Below, in pieces: positions 1 through 8,360 of a stretch of 64,000 bases of DNA. This stretch comes from Candidatus Aegiribacteria sp. GTDB taxonomy: Bacteria; Fermentibacterota; Fermentibacteria; Fermentibacterales; JCC-6. Positions within the stretch are counted from its first letter, which is position 1. Each line of letters opens with the position of its first letter. Below the pieces are notes generated by a model. That model did not search any database and had not been told where the DNA came from. It saw only the letters and a list, made by a program, of their open reading frames with translations. The position numbers were made by a program, and so were the translations under genes. The DNA lies in contig JAGLOY010000064.1 in assembly GCA_023138735.1 (NCBI GenBank), forward strand, positions 15,567 to 79,566, in the 5' to 3' direction.

Positions 1-160
1 TAATGGATAATGCAATGGTTTGCTCTTGCTTTCACAGAATGAATAACATATCAATCAGGTACGCATTTTGTTCGGAAGATTCTCCGTACTGCATAATTCC
101 GAGCAATCTGACCTTGTGAAGTCCGGATTGATGGTTTCGAATAATGAAATGGGGAAACAG

Positions 161-1375
161 ATGAAATACATATGTATCCTTCTTTTTGTAGCGGCTGCTG
201 TAACTTTTGCCGACTTACCGGTTTTCTCCAGCCCCTTTTTCGTTCAGGCGAATGGAGTTGATCTTGTAGTCAGCGCCAGCATTCCAGATCCATGTGTGAT
301 CGACTGGGATGGTGATGGTTTGAAGGATCTCGTGATTGGGCAGTTCTCCACTGGAAAGATCAGGTTCTATCCCAATTCCGGGACTAACGAGAATCCTGTA
401 TTCACTACTTTTACATTCATTCAGGCTGGTGGTGTTGATATCACAATGGCCTATGGTTGATGCACAGGTGCGACCAATCCACAGGTTGTGGATTACAATA
501 ACGATGGTTACCTTGATATTCTGGCAGGTGACAGAGATGGTGACACCTGGCTTTTCAATGGCAGCGCAAGTGGTTTGACCACAGGCATACACCTTTTCGC
601 CAGCAGCGTACCGATCAATACAGGACAGAATTGCTCACCTCGCCTGGTGGACTGGGATGAAAACGGTTACCTGGATCTTCTGATTGGAGGCTACCCTGTC
701 GGTGGTCTTTCAACCAGCGGTTTTCTGCATCTTTACATGAACGACAACACATCTGTTGATGAGCTCAATTTCACCACCTATACCGAGATCTCATTCTGGA
801 ATATGTGGAGAACTACGCATGAGTTCTACGATCTGGACGATGACGGTGACAAAGATCTCATTCTGGGCAATGAGGACGGACGGGTCTATTTTGCACCGAA
901 CACGGGTACTAATTCAGCTCCGGTCTATACCAGTTATTTTCCTCTCGAAGCTAATGGATCGATTATCGATGTGGGATCCAGAGCCCGTGAGACTATAAAC
1001 GACTGGAACGAGGACGGAATTCCAGATCTTATCGTCTGCAATACCACAAACGACAAGGTTCAGGTTTTTCTGGGTGGTGAGCTCGGAATCGAAGAAGGTG
1101 AAGAAGGCCTCGAAGCGGTAACCTGTCTTCTGGCTGTTTCCGGGAGCCCAACCTCCGGCCTGTTCTCGATGGACGTGTATATGCAGAATGCTGGAGCTGT
1201 CTCGGTATCGGTCTTCGACAGCCAGGGCAGAATGGTAAACGATTACTCCTGGTCGCTGCCTGCAGGTATAAGCACTATGAACTGCGATATCAGCGCATTT
1301 CCATCCGGTCTTTACTTTGTTGCTGCAGATTTCGGTTATAAGGTTCTTACGGACAGGGTGGTGCTTATCCGATAG
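161..1375 (+). CDS. FG-GAP/VCBS repeat secreted protein with T9SS C-terminal sorting domain, interrupted by an in-frame TGA at 458-460 (selenocysteine candidate or pseudogene)
   Basis: ORFs 68-460 and 488-1375 are in the same frame. The signal peptide MKYICILLFVAAAVTFA is found only in the first part. Repeats of the form DWDGDG/DYNNDGYLD span the stop. The C-terminus GLYFVAADFGYKVLTDRVVLIR resembles T9SS sorting domains. Confidence 0.6.
476..494 (+). other. stem-loop 16 nt downstream of the in-frame TGA (8-bp stem, GGU apical loop), a bacterial SECIS-like candidate
   Basis: aatccaca-ggt-tgtggatt forms a perfect 8-bp stem. The loop starts 23 nt after the UGA. Confidence 0.3.
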
Positions 1376-1555
1376 AATCTCATCACACCGAGCGTCTATT
1401 TGATTCAACTCCGCACAATCAGTAACTCGTTAACTGGAGCTGATAATCCTGGTTCTCTGTGCGATTGGGGAACATGAGGGCTTTGACGACTACTTTAGTA
1501 GGAAATATTATCTGCTGAAGAAAAATAATGTTCAACAATTGTAAGGAGGACAGAG

Positions 1556-2128
1556 ATGAAAGTTCTGGCCGTTAACGGAAGTGCCCGGATAGAAGGAAAT
1601 ACAACCTCTTTAATCAAAATGGTCTTCGAAGAATTAAACAATGAAGGGATAGAAACCGAACTCGTCGAACTCTCCGGAAAGAATATCAGAAACTGTCTGG
1701 CCTGTTACAAGTGTTTTGAAAACAAAGACAGAGAATGTATTATCAAAAGCGATATGCTGAATGAAGTCATTGAGAAAATGGCAGCTGCCGATGCAATTAT
1801 TCTTGGATCCCCGACTTATTTTGCTAATGTCAGCCCGGAAATTAAAGCTGTGATTGACCGTGCAGGTCTTGTAGGAATAGCTAACGATTTCCTTTTCGCC
1901 AGAAAGGTGGGTGCCGCCGTTGTGGCAGTTCGACGGGCGGGAAGTGTGAATGTCTTTGATGCGATCAACAAATTCTTCTTCATAAATCAGATGATTGTAC
2001 CAGGATCCTGTTATTGGAACATGGGAATCGGTCTGCAGCCCGGGGATGTCAATAATGATGAAGAAGGCGTTAGAACCATGAGAATTCTGGGGCAGAATAT
2101 GGCCTGGCTGCTGGATAAACTGAATTGA
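1556..2128 (+). CDS. NAD(P)H-dependent FMN reductase / flavodoxin-fold flavoprotein (iron-sulfur flavoprotein-like)
   Basis: A strong RBS (taaggagg) is present. An LAVNGS...GSPTYF motif and a Cys cluster CLACYKC are present. Length is 190 aa. Confidence 0.6.
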   Translation: MKVLAVNGSARIEGNTTSLIKMVFEELNNEGIETELVELSGKNIRNCLACYKCFENKDRECIIKSDMLNEVIEKMAAADAIILGSPTYFANVSPEIKAVIDRAGLVGIANDFLFARKVGAAVVAVRRAGSVNVFDAINKFFFINQMIVPGSCYWNMGIGLQPGDVNNDEEGVRTMRILGQNMAWLLDKLN

Positions 2129-2155
2129 TATAAGCCGATAAGCGGAGGTGATGAA

Positions 2156-3340
2156 ATGGTGATGAACAAGCTTATCTGTTCGAAGTGCATGGCTGTTCAT
2201 TTCGTTGAGGGTGAGACCGATGGGAGCTGCCCGACCTGTCATCTTGATGAACATCATGTCTACAACTTTCGCAACAGCGATGAATTTCTGGAGAAGGAAG
2301 TCCCAAGGGTACTGGAGGAGCGCCTGGACCTGGGTTTGCAAGGGCTTGCGGGCGGATTGAGCTTTGTGATAATCAGCACCGAACCGGACAGGCAGCGCGA
2401 AGCGGTTGCGGAGTTCCTGCGATACACCGATTTTATCTATTCCGACGGCTTCGAGGATGACAGCTTTCGGACATGTGTTCTGGAGGCTGCCGATTCCCCT
2501 GCGGTTCTTATCCGATCACGGAAGGCGGGGACGAATCCCTTCTCGAGCTTCAACACCGCTCCGAAAGCCGGGCATCTTCCAAATACACGCCTTGAGACGT
2601 TTGTCTTCTCCACGCCCGATCTTGGCAGGTATTCATCGATTCAAAGTTCAAGGGGTGTGCATTTCCAGGAGGAGTCCATTCTGGATACGGACAGTATGCT
2701 TTTTACACAGACAATCCCTTCGCATTTCCATGGCTGTTCCTTTGGTTTCGTCCAGTGGAAGGGTGAATCCGGGAACTTCAGGACACCGGGTTCTTCAGGC
2801 CTGGACTGGGAGTTTGAAAAACCTTCATCTGCACATCTGAACCGCATCTTCGAGCTTGATCATACAGCGACCAGGGTTCATGCGCAGCAACGTGATGAGG
2901 CGATAATCGAGTTCATGGAACTGACCAACTACAACTTCTCCCTGGCTATCTATGTGAAGGGTTTCAACTCCATCACAAGTGTTGCAAGGCTCTCGGAGAA
3001 GGACTTCGCGATGGTCTTTACATCGGGGATACTGCCTGACAACGGGCAGGAGGATGTGGGACCCACGGAGCAGTTCATCAGGAACTACGGCACAAGGGTG
3101 CACCATCTTGCATTCAGAACCGAGGAGATCGACTCAACTTACAAAGCGCTGATCAATGACGGGATGGAGTTCCTGCTGGAACTTGTAGGATCACCCGAAG
3201 AGGGTTTGCAGCAGACATTCTCTCTGGGATCCCCGAATACGCTCCTTGTGAACGAGTACATTCAGAGGTACGGCGGTTTCGACGGATTCTTCACAAGCGG
3301 TAATGTAACCCTGCTGACCGAATCTACGGGCAGACAGTAA
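2156..3340 (+). CDS. VOC-superfamily (HPPD/glyoxalase-like) protein with N-terminal Cys4 zinc ribbon
   Basis: The N-terminus has CSKC...CPTC. The C-terminal block VHHLAFRTEEIDSTYKALINDGMEFL is typical of vicinal-oxygen-chelate modules. Confidence 0.35.
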   Translation: MVMNKLICSKCMAVHFVEGETDGSCPTCHLDEHHVYNFRNSDEFLEKEVPRVLEERLDLGLQGLAGGLSFVIISTEPDRQREAVAEFLRYTDFIYSDGFEDDSFRTCVLEAADSPAVLIRSRKAGTNPFSSFNTAPKAGHLPNTRLETFVFSTPDLGRYSSIQSSRGVHFQEESILDTDSMLFTQTIPSHFHGCSFGFVQWKGESGNFRTPGSSGLDWEFEKPSSAHLNRIFELDHTATRVHAQQRDEAIIEFMELTNYNFSLAIYVKGFNSITSVARLSEKDFAMVFTSGILPDNGQEDVGPTEQFIRNYGTRVHHLAFRTEEIDSTYKALINDGMEFLLELVGSPEEGLQQTFSLGSPNTLLVNEYIQRYGGFDGFFTSGNVTLLTESTGRQ

Positions 3341-3350
3341 CCGTTTTCAA

Positions 3351-4085
3351 ATGGCGGTATCTCGTATAAAGTGGAAGCATGAGACCTGGAACCCGGTCAC
3401 CGGTTGCAATCCGGTTAGCGAGGGGTGTGAGCATTGCTACGCCAGGGGTATTGCCCTGAAACTTCAGGATATGAGCGTTGCAAAGTACAGGGACGGGTTC
3501 ACAGTGACTGTGCATGAGGATGCGCTGGAAGAGCCCATCCACTGGAGGAAACCGCGGCTCGTTTTCATGACATCCATGGGAGACCTGTTCCATCATGCGG
3601 TGCAGGACGAGTTTATTTTACGCGTGTTCGATGTGATGCGCCGCTGTGACAGGCATGTTTTTCAACTTCTTACGAAAAGACCGGAACGTATGTCTGAACT
3701 CTCGGGGAGGATATCCTGGCCTTCAAATGTATGGGCGGGGACGACCGTGGAGAACAGGAAGGTTTACCAGCGTCTGGAGAGCCTTCGCAAGGTTGACGCG
3801 GTAGTCCGGTTCGTATCCTTCGAACCTCTGCTCTCGGATGTAAGCGATGCGGACCTTGCAGGTATCCACTGGGCTGCGGTTGGCGGGGAATCCGGGCCTG
3901 ATGCCAGACCCATGAAAATAGAGTGGGCCCGAGCTCTGCGGGATAAGTGCATTGCCGAGGGTATTTCTTTCTACTTCAAGCAGTGGGGCGGGGCGCACCA
4001 CTCCTCCGGGGGAAGAACACTGGATGGCAGGATATGGGACGAAATGCCGGAGCCTTCAGGTCAGCTTAGACTGGACGGTTTTTAG
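3351..4085 (+). CDS. phage Gp37/Gp68 family protein (DUF5131)
   Basis: The N-terminal W-N-P-V-T-G-C...EGCEHCYA signature is diagnostic of this phage-derived family. No other phage genes are nearby. Confidence 0.7.
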   Translation: MAVSRIKWKHETWNPVTGCNPVSEGCEHCYARGIALKLQDMSVAKYRDGFTVTVHEDALEEPIHWRKPRLVFMTSMGDLFHHAVQDEFILRVFDVMRRCDRHVFQLLTKRPERMSELSGRISWPSNVWAGTTVENRKVYQRLESLRKVDAVVRFVSFEPLLSDVSDADLAGIHWAAVGGESGPDARPMKIEWARALRDKCIAEGISFYFKQWGGAHHSSGGRTLDGRIWDEMPEPSGQLRLDGF

Positions 4086-4087
4086 AG

Positions 4088-4303
4088 TTATTCAGTCCTG
4101 CACCAGAAGTATCTGGCGGCGGTTGAATCAGCTTCGATCGCGATGGCTGCCGTGAAATCGGGGATCGACTTAATGAAATCTCCCATTCTAGAATATGCTG
4201 CTCCACGGTTATAAATAGCATCAACATCCGATGAATCCGTCATTATTACAAAAGTGAAATCCTCGATAGTATGAGGAGTGTTGCCTATATCCTTAGGAAG
4301 CAT
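4088..4303 (-). pseudogene. short TPR-repeat ORF, possible remnant of a disrupted TPR gene
   Basis: The 71-aa product has one clear TPR unit (AIYNRGAAYSRMGDFIKSIPDFTAAIAIEADSTAARY). It is too short to be a full TPR protein. Confidence 0.25.
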
Positions 4304-4459
4304 TGCTCTATTGTAGTGTCGTTCCTGACCTCGTTATTTGCTTCATATTCTGGTTTCCTGCTTCTGCCAGTGCGGCAAACCTGCCATCATCCAGGGATAC
4401 TGGCATGGCAGCAGGACCCACAATGTCCAGGATGGTTATTAACGTGTATAATCCAGATC

Positions 4460-5125
4460 ATGAAAAAATCTGTTGGAATTATCCCGCTATCCGGATTCAT
4501 GGGTGCTGGTCTTATAGCTGCAGGTGCTTTGATAGCAGCGGTTGCCTATCGGGGTAGTGCAGGTGAATCCTACTGTATTCTGAATCACTTCATCTCGGAG
4601 CTTGGAGATGTCGGTGTCTCCAGGCTGGCAGGAGTCTTTAATGTTTTTCTGATAGCAGGAGCCCTCTGTCTGACCGTATTTCTTGTTGGTCTTGCACGGC
4701 TTATCGGGGGGCGTATAATGTACCTGTTCCTGTTAACAGGACTTGTTACCGGTATCTCCGGGGCTCTTGTCGGTATTTTCCCGATGAATCATTTGAAACC
4801 TCATCTGATTGTGGCAATGCTGTTTTTCGACTCCGCCATGATAACAATAATATTGTTCTCCGTATGGGTAATACTGACGCGGCACAAGGTGCATCCCCGA
4901 TGGCTTGCTCTTATGGGTTTGATGCCTGCAGCATGTTTATTCAGCTTTATTTTTCTCAGAAAACCAATTTCCGAACATGGGCCTCTGCTTGCAATTCCAG
5001 AGCATTTTACGCGACCTGATTTCTGGCCAACCGCTGCGATGGAATGGTCAGTGCTGATATCCATTCTGACCTGGGTTATCGTAGTTGCACTGACTATTCG
5101 GAAGGAAGTGCGCTGCAGAACATGA
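4460..5125 (+). CDS. DUF998-like polytopic membrane protein
   Basis: The start at MKKSVGIIPL lies within the ORF beginning at 4271. The product has six hydrophobic helices. Confidence 0.5.
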   Translation: MKKSVGIIPLSGFMGAGLIAAGALIAAVAYRGSAGESYCILNHFISELGDVGVSRLAGVFNVFLIAGALCLTVFLVGLARLIGGRIMYLFLLTGLVTGISGALVGIFPMNHLKPHLIVAMLFFDSAMITIILFSVWVILTRHKVHPRWLALMGLMPAACLFSFIFLRKPISEHGPLLAIPEHFTRPDFWPTAAMEWSVLISILTWVIVVALTIRKEVRCRT

Positions 5126-5217
5126 ACCTGGAATCCCACCCGCGTACGGATTAATTCAGTATCAGCATCTTTGTCACAACCTGCATATTCCCCGAAGAAT
5201 CTCGATCAGCCCTGTTC

Positions 5218-5940
5218 TCATTCATTAAGATCGAGGAAAGCCTTTACTTTCTCATTTTCAGGATCGATGCTGAGCGCTACCCTGAGGATTCCGATAGCAG
5301 TGTCTCTGTGTCCTTTTTTTATGTACGCAACGGCAAGTTTCAGGCGTGCTTCGGTGAGTCCAGGATTAATCTCGATAACCTTCTCGAGTTCCTTGATCGC
5401 ATTGTCATATTCTTCCCGCCTGATGTATGCATTCCCTAGAAGTGTTCTGATATCCAGATAATCAGGAGCGATCTTCAGGGCTTTGTTGAACTCAAGCATT
5501 GCATTGTCTGTTTCCTCTATCTCAAGGTAGAGGATACCCAGCTCCTTGTGGGCATTTGCTATTTTTCCCTTCATACCCGCTGTAAGATGCCCTTCTACAT
5601 TCTCGAGCTCTGCAGCCTTGTTGTACTCTGAGAGGACGCTGGTGTATTTGCCCATTTCACTGTACGTAATTGAAAGGTTGAGATGCGCTTCGATATAATC
5701 CGGATTCAGTTCCAGCGCCTTCACGAAGGCATCAACCGCCATTCTGTAGGAGCCCTGCATACAGTACACTATTCCGAGCTGATTGTGTATGTCGGAATAC
5801 TCAGGCGCTTCTTCGCATGCTTCCAGGAGGAGTTCGATGGAGTCATCGAATCGTTCCTGATCTATCAACACCTTACTTCTTCTGATAATACCATCCATAT
5901 CAGGATCCATGATACCTCCAGCTTCAGCAGCCATATGCAT
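5218..5940 (-). CDS. TPR repeat protein
   Basis: It has multiple 34-aa TPR units, for example AIKELEKVIEINPGLTEARLKLAVAY. Confidence 0.7.
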   Translation of the reverse strand: MHMAAEAGGIMDPDMDGIIRRSKVLIDQERFDDSIELLLEACEEAPEYSDIHNQLGIVYCMQGSYRMAVDAFVKALELNPDYIEAHLNLSITYSEMGKYTSVLSEYNKAAELENVEGHLTAGMKGKIANAHKELGILYLEIEETDNAMLEFNKALKIAPDYLDIRTLLGNAYIRREEYDNAIKELEKVIEINPGLTEARLKLAVAYIKKGHRDTAIGILRVALSIDPENEKVKAFLDLNE

Positions 5941-6135
5941 TTATCCGTCCAAATCAATAATACATGATTCAGATCATTCAGGTCAACATCATTACCGGCA
6001 AACGTGCGCAGGCAGCCCTGCTGCAGAAAGCACATTCCAGTGAAGCCGGATCGCTCAAAAGCTCATCCAGTTGTTTCGAGGTTAATCAATCAGATGAAAG
6101 AAAATCCTGTCAAGTACATAGTGCATGATCTTTCC

Positions 6136-6255
6136 TGTACTTGACAAGTTGATGCTTCTATTCAAATCTTCCTGAACCTATGACTTATAATTCCTTGAAA
6201 TGCTAGAAAGCTTTTTATGAGACCCGTATTCAGGCTACTGAGCGATGAGCTTATC
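6136..6255 (+). repeat. diverged paralogous copy of the mttB promoter, 5'UTR and first 15 codons (about 75-90% identical to 8273-8408)
   Basis: tacttgacaagttgatgcttc matches tacttgacatgctgatgcttc. ATGAGACCCGTATTCAGGCTACTGAGCGATGAGCTTATCGAAAGG matches the mttB start with 4 mismatches. The reading frame stops 3 codons after the junction. Confidence 0.7.
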
Positions 6256-6494
6256 GAAAGGTGGACGCGGTAGTCCGGTTCGTATCCTTCGAACCTCTGC
6301 TCTCGGATGTAAGCGATGCGGACCTTGCAGGTATCCACTGGGCTGCGGTTGGCGGGGAATCCGGGCCTGATGCCAGACCCATGAAAATAGAGTGGGGCGG
6401 GGCGCACCACTCCTCCGGGGGAAGAACACTGGATGGCAGGATATGGGACGAAATGCCGGAACCTTCTGGGCAGCTGCGGCATGAAGGTTTCTAG
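6256..6494 (+). pseudogene. duplicated 3' fragment of the Gp37/Gp68 gene with an internal 60-bp deletion and a diverged last 11 codons
   Basis: About 135 nt are identical to 3795-3929 and about 64 nt are identical to 3990-4053. The deleted block is flanked by the direct microrepeat agtgggg/c. There is no start codon or RBS. Confidence 0.75.
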
Positions 6495-6557
6495 CGTTAT
6501 ACTCATTCTGGAAGTTCTATCATCTATTCCGACTGCCCGATACCCATTACGAGCAAT

Positions 6558-7346
6558 CTAGAACACCGTCTTGATCTCTCCCCAGGTGGAGAAGTCCAGA
6601 CCGCTTTCCGGGAATCCCTCGACGATTACGAGGAGTCCCTGGGGGTACCCGCCGTTGAGGACCGGTTCCCAGCCCGAACCGGTGTTCCATATGGCGTTGC
6701 CGGTCTCCATCATGCCCATCTCGACCACCGGGGGAGCCCAGGGACCGTAGAGGAGGCTGCCGTTGAGCATGAAGGTCACCCAGTATGTGCCCTCGTCCAG
6801 CACCAGGGAGGAGTCGGTACTCACGAGGCCGGTCACGGCCATTATGCCCCTGTTGGAGTTGCTTCCGGACTCGGACTCCCTCACGCGGTAGATGCCGCTC
6901 CAATCCGCGCTGTCGAAGACGTTTGTGACCAGGTCACCGTAGAGGAGGGTACCCGCCTCGGGGGTGCCCTCCCAGATCTGAAAGTATATCTCGTTGATGG
7001 TTGGGGTCGTGCCGGCACCTTCCTGGAAGGCACCAACCGTGATCGCCGTGACCCCCCACAGCTCGCCTGCGGGGACCTGGAAGTCGTCCGCGCACACGTA
7101 GCTGCTGGTGAACATGCAGCCCCATCCCAGGATGTTGCCCCAGGTCTCGAGGATCGACTCGTCGGCCCCTCCGACCCCCGTTCCGGGGCTGTTGGACCAG
7201 GGGCCCGTGCTGAACAGGGAGTCATCAGCGAGAGGTCCGCCGACCGGCATGCCGCTGCCGTGTCCCCCGGTTCCGATCATCTCGTGGACGGTGCCCCCGG
7301 CTCCGAGACCCACGAGTAGACTCAACAATAGAACGGTAAATTTCAT
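6558..7346 (-). CDS. secreted hypothetical protein, Gly/Thr/Trp-rich, on a compositionally foreign (about 63% GC) segment
   Basis: It has the signal peptide MKFTVLLLSLLVGLGAGG and an RBS (aggagg). Its GC is far above that of the flanking genes (about 40-50%). Confidence 0.5.
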   Translation of the reverse strand: MKFTVLLLSLLVGLGAGGTVHEMIGTGGHGSGMPVGGPLADDSLFSTGPWSNSPGTGVGGADESILETWGNILGWGCMFTSSYVCADDFQVPAGELWGVTAITVGAFQEGAGTTPTINEIYFQIWEGTPEAGTLLYGDLVTNVFDSADWSGIYRVRESESGSNSNRGIMAVTGLVSTDSSLVLDEGTYWVTFMLNGSLLYGPWAPPVVEMGMMETGNAIWNTGSGWEPVLNGGYPQGLLVIVEGFPESGLDFSTWGEIKTVF

Positions 7347-7570
7347 TTCCAGCCTCCTGTTTCCGGCCCTTCCGGGAATTGGATATATATGGAATACAAC
7401 TATATATCCGACCCGATATCATCCAATTTTGCTACCCGAAACTGACCATACTACCCGAACTCCGCAGCTGTCAATGAAGAAACCCTCTGATCACTGCCGG
7501 TATCCATTGGGCAGCTCAGTTTAATCTGAAACCCGTTACCTTTGTCGTTGGATTGATCTGTTCTATCCTG

Positions 7571-8206
7571 TTAATCATCTGATTTAAAATGTCTTCTGGA
7601 AAATACATAACTGGTATTCCTGTTTTTGAACCATTCAACCAACTTCAGAACACCGATATAATTCAGCACGATACCTAGAATGATGCCTGCTATCCATACC
7701 AGCGGTGTTGCTGAACCGCTGCGGATGACGAGGTAGAAAAAACAGACCGAGATGGGTAAAAACAGAATAACGGAAGTCAACATTCCCGGATTGTACAGCG
7801 TTCTTCCTTTAATGTTGAAAATGAATGTGTGCCCTATGAAGTTCCCTGATGAAACCATCATGGTCGCTATGCCCAGCCAGATGGCATTTCCAGCAAAAAT
7901 CGCAGCCAGTGAATAGAACAGCCAGCCTGTTGTAAGGTTGACTATTAGAGCAGAATTGCTGTTTAGGGGAAACCTGTCCGGCTGTGTACTTGAAAACATG
8001 ACCGAGTTCAGCATTTCCGGAAAGTAACCGGGGAAGCGGTATTCTTCAAACTGATGCAGAAACAGGGCAATAAGATTGATGCAGAGCAGCAGTTGTATTC
8101 CGCTTACATTACTGATTAGCAGAAACACGCCGATAATTATAGCGGCGATAAACCCTATATCGAACCAGTGATTTCTAAGAAATCTCATCTTCCTCCTATT
8201 CTGCAT
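7571..8206 (-). CDS. HXXEE-domain membrane protein
   Basis: The HQFEEY motif lies within a polytopic membrane protein. Confidence 0.5.
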   Translation of the reverse strand: MQNRRKMRFLRNHWFDIGFIAAIIIGVFLLISNVSGIQLLLCINLIALFLHQFEEYRFPGYFPEMLNSVMFSSTQPDRFPLNSNSALIVNLTTGWLFYSLAAIFAGNAIWLGIATMMVSSGNFIGHTFIFNIKGRTLYNPGMLTSVILFLPISVCFFYLVIRSGSATPLVWIAGIILGIVLNYIGVLKLVEWFKNRNTSYVFSRRHFKSDD

Positions 8207-8360
8207 ATCTATTCAATTATAACTATTTCCGATTATGTCGGTGCCTGAAATGATGATGTCGATTTGATCCGGGAATCACTCTTTACTTGACATGCTGATG
8301 CTTCATCTCTACTTTCCTTAATCTCTGGTATTTGATCATTTTCAAATGTGAGGAGCTTTT

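Noticed and set aside
6254-8350. Integrative mobile element bounded by the two mttB-5' direct repeats
   Set aside because: No integrase, transposase or recombinase lies between the repeats. The repeats are diverged (about 90%). This is better explained as a paralog remnant plus illegitimate recombination than as att sites.
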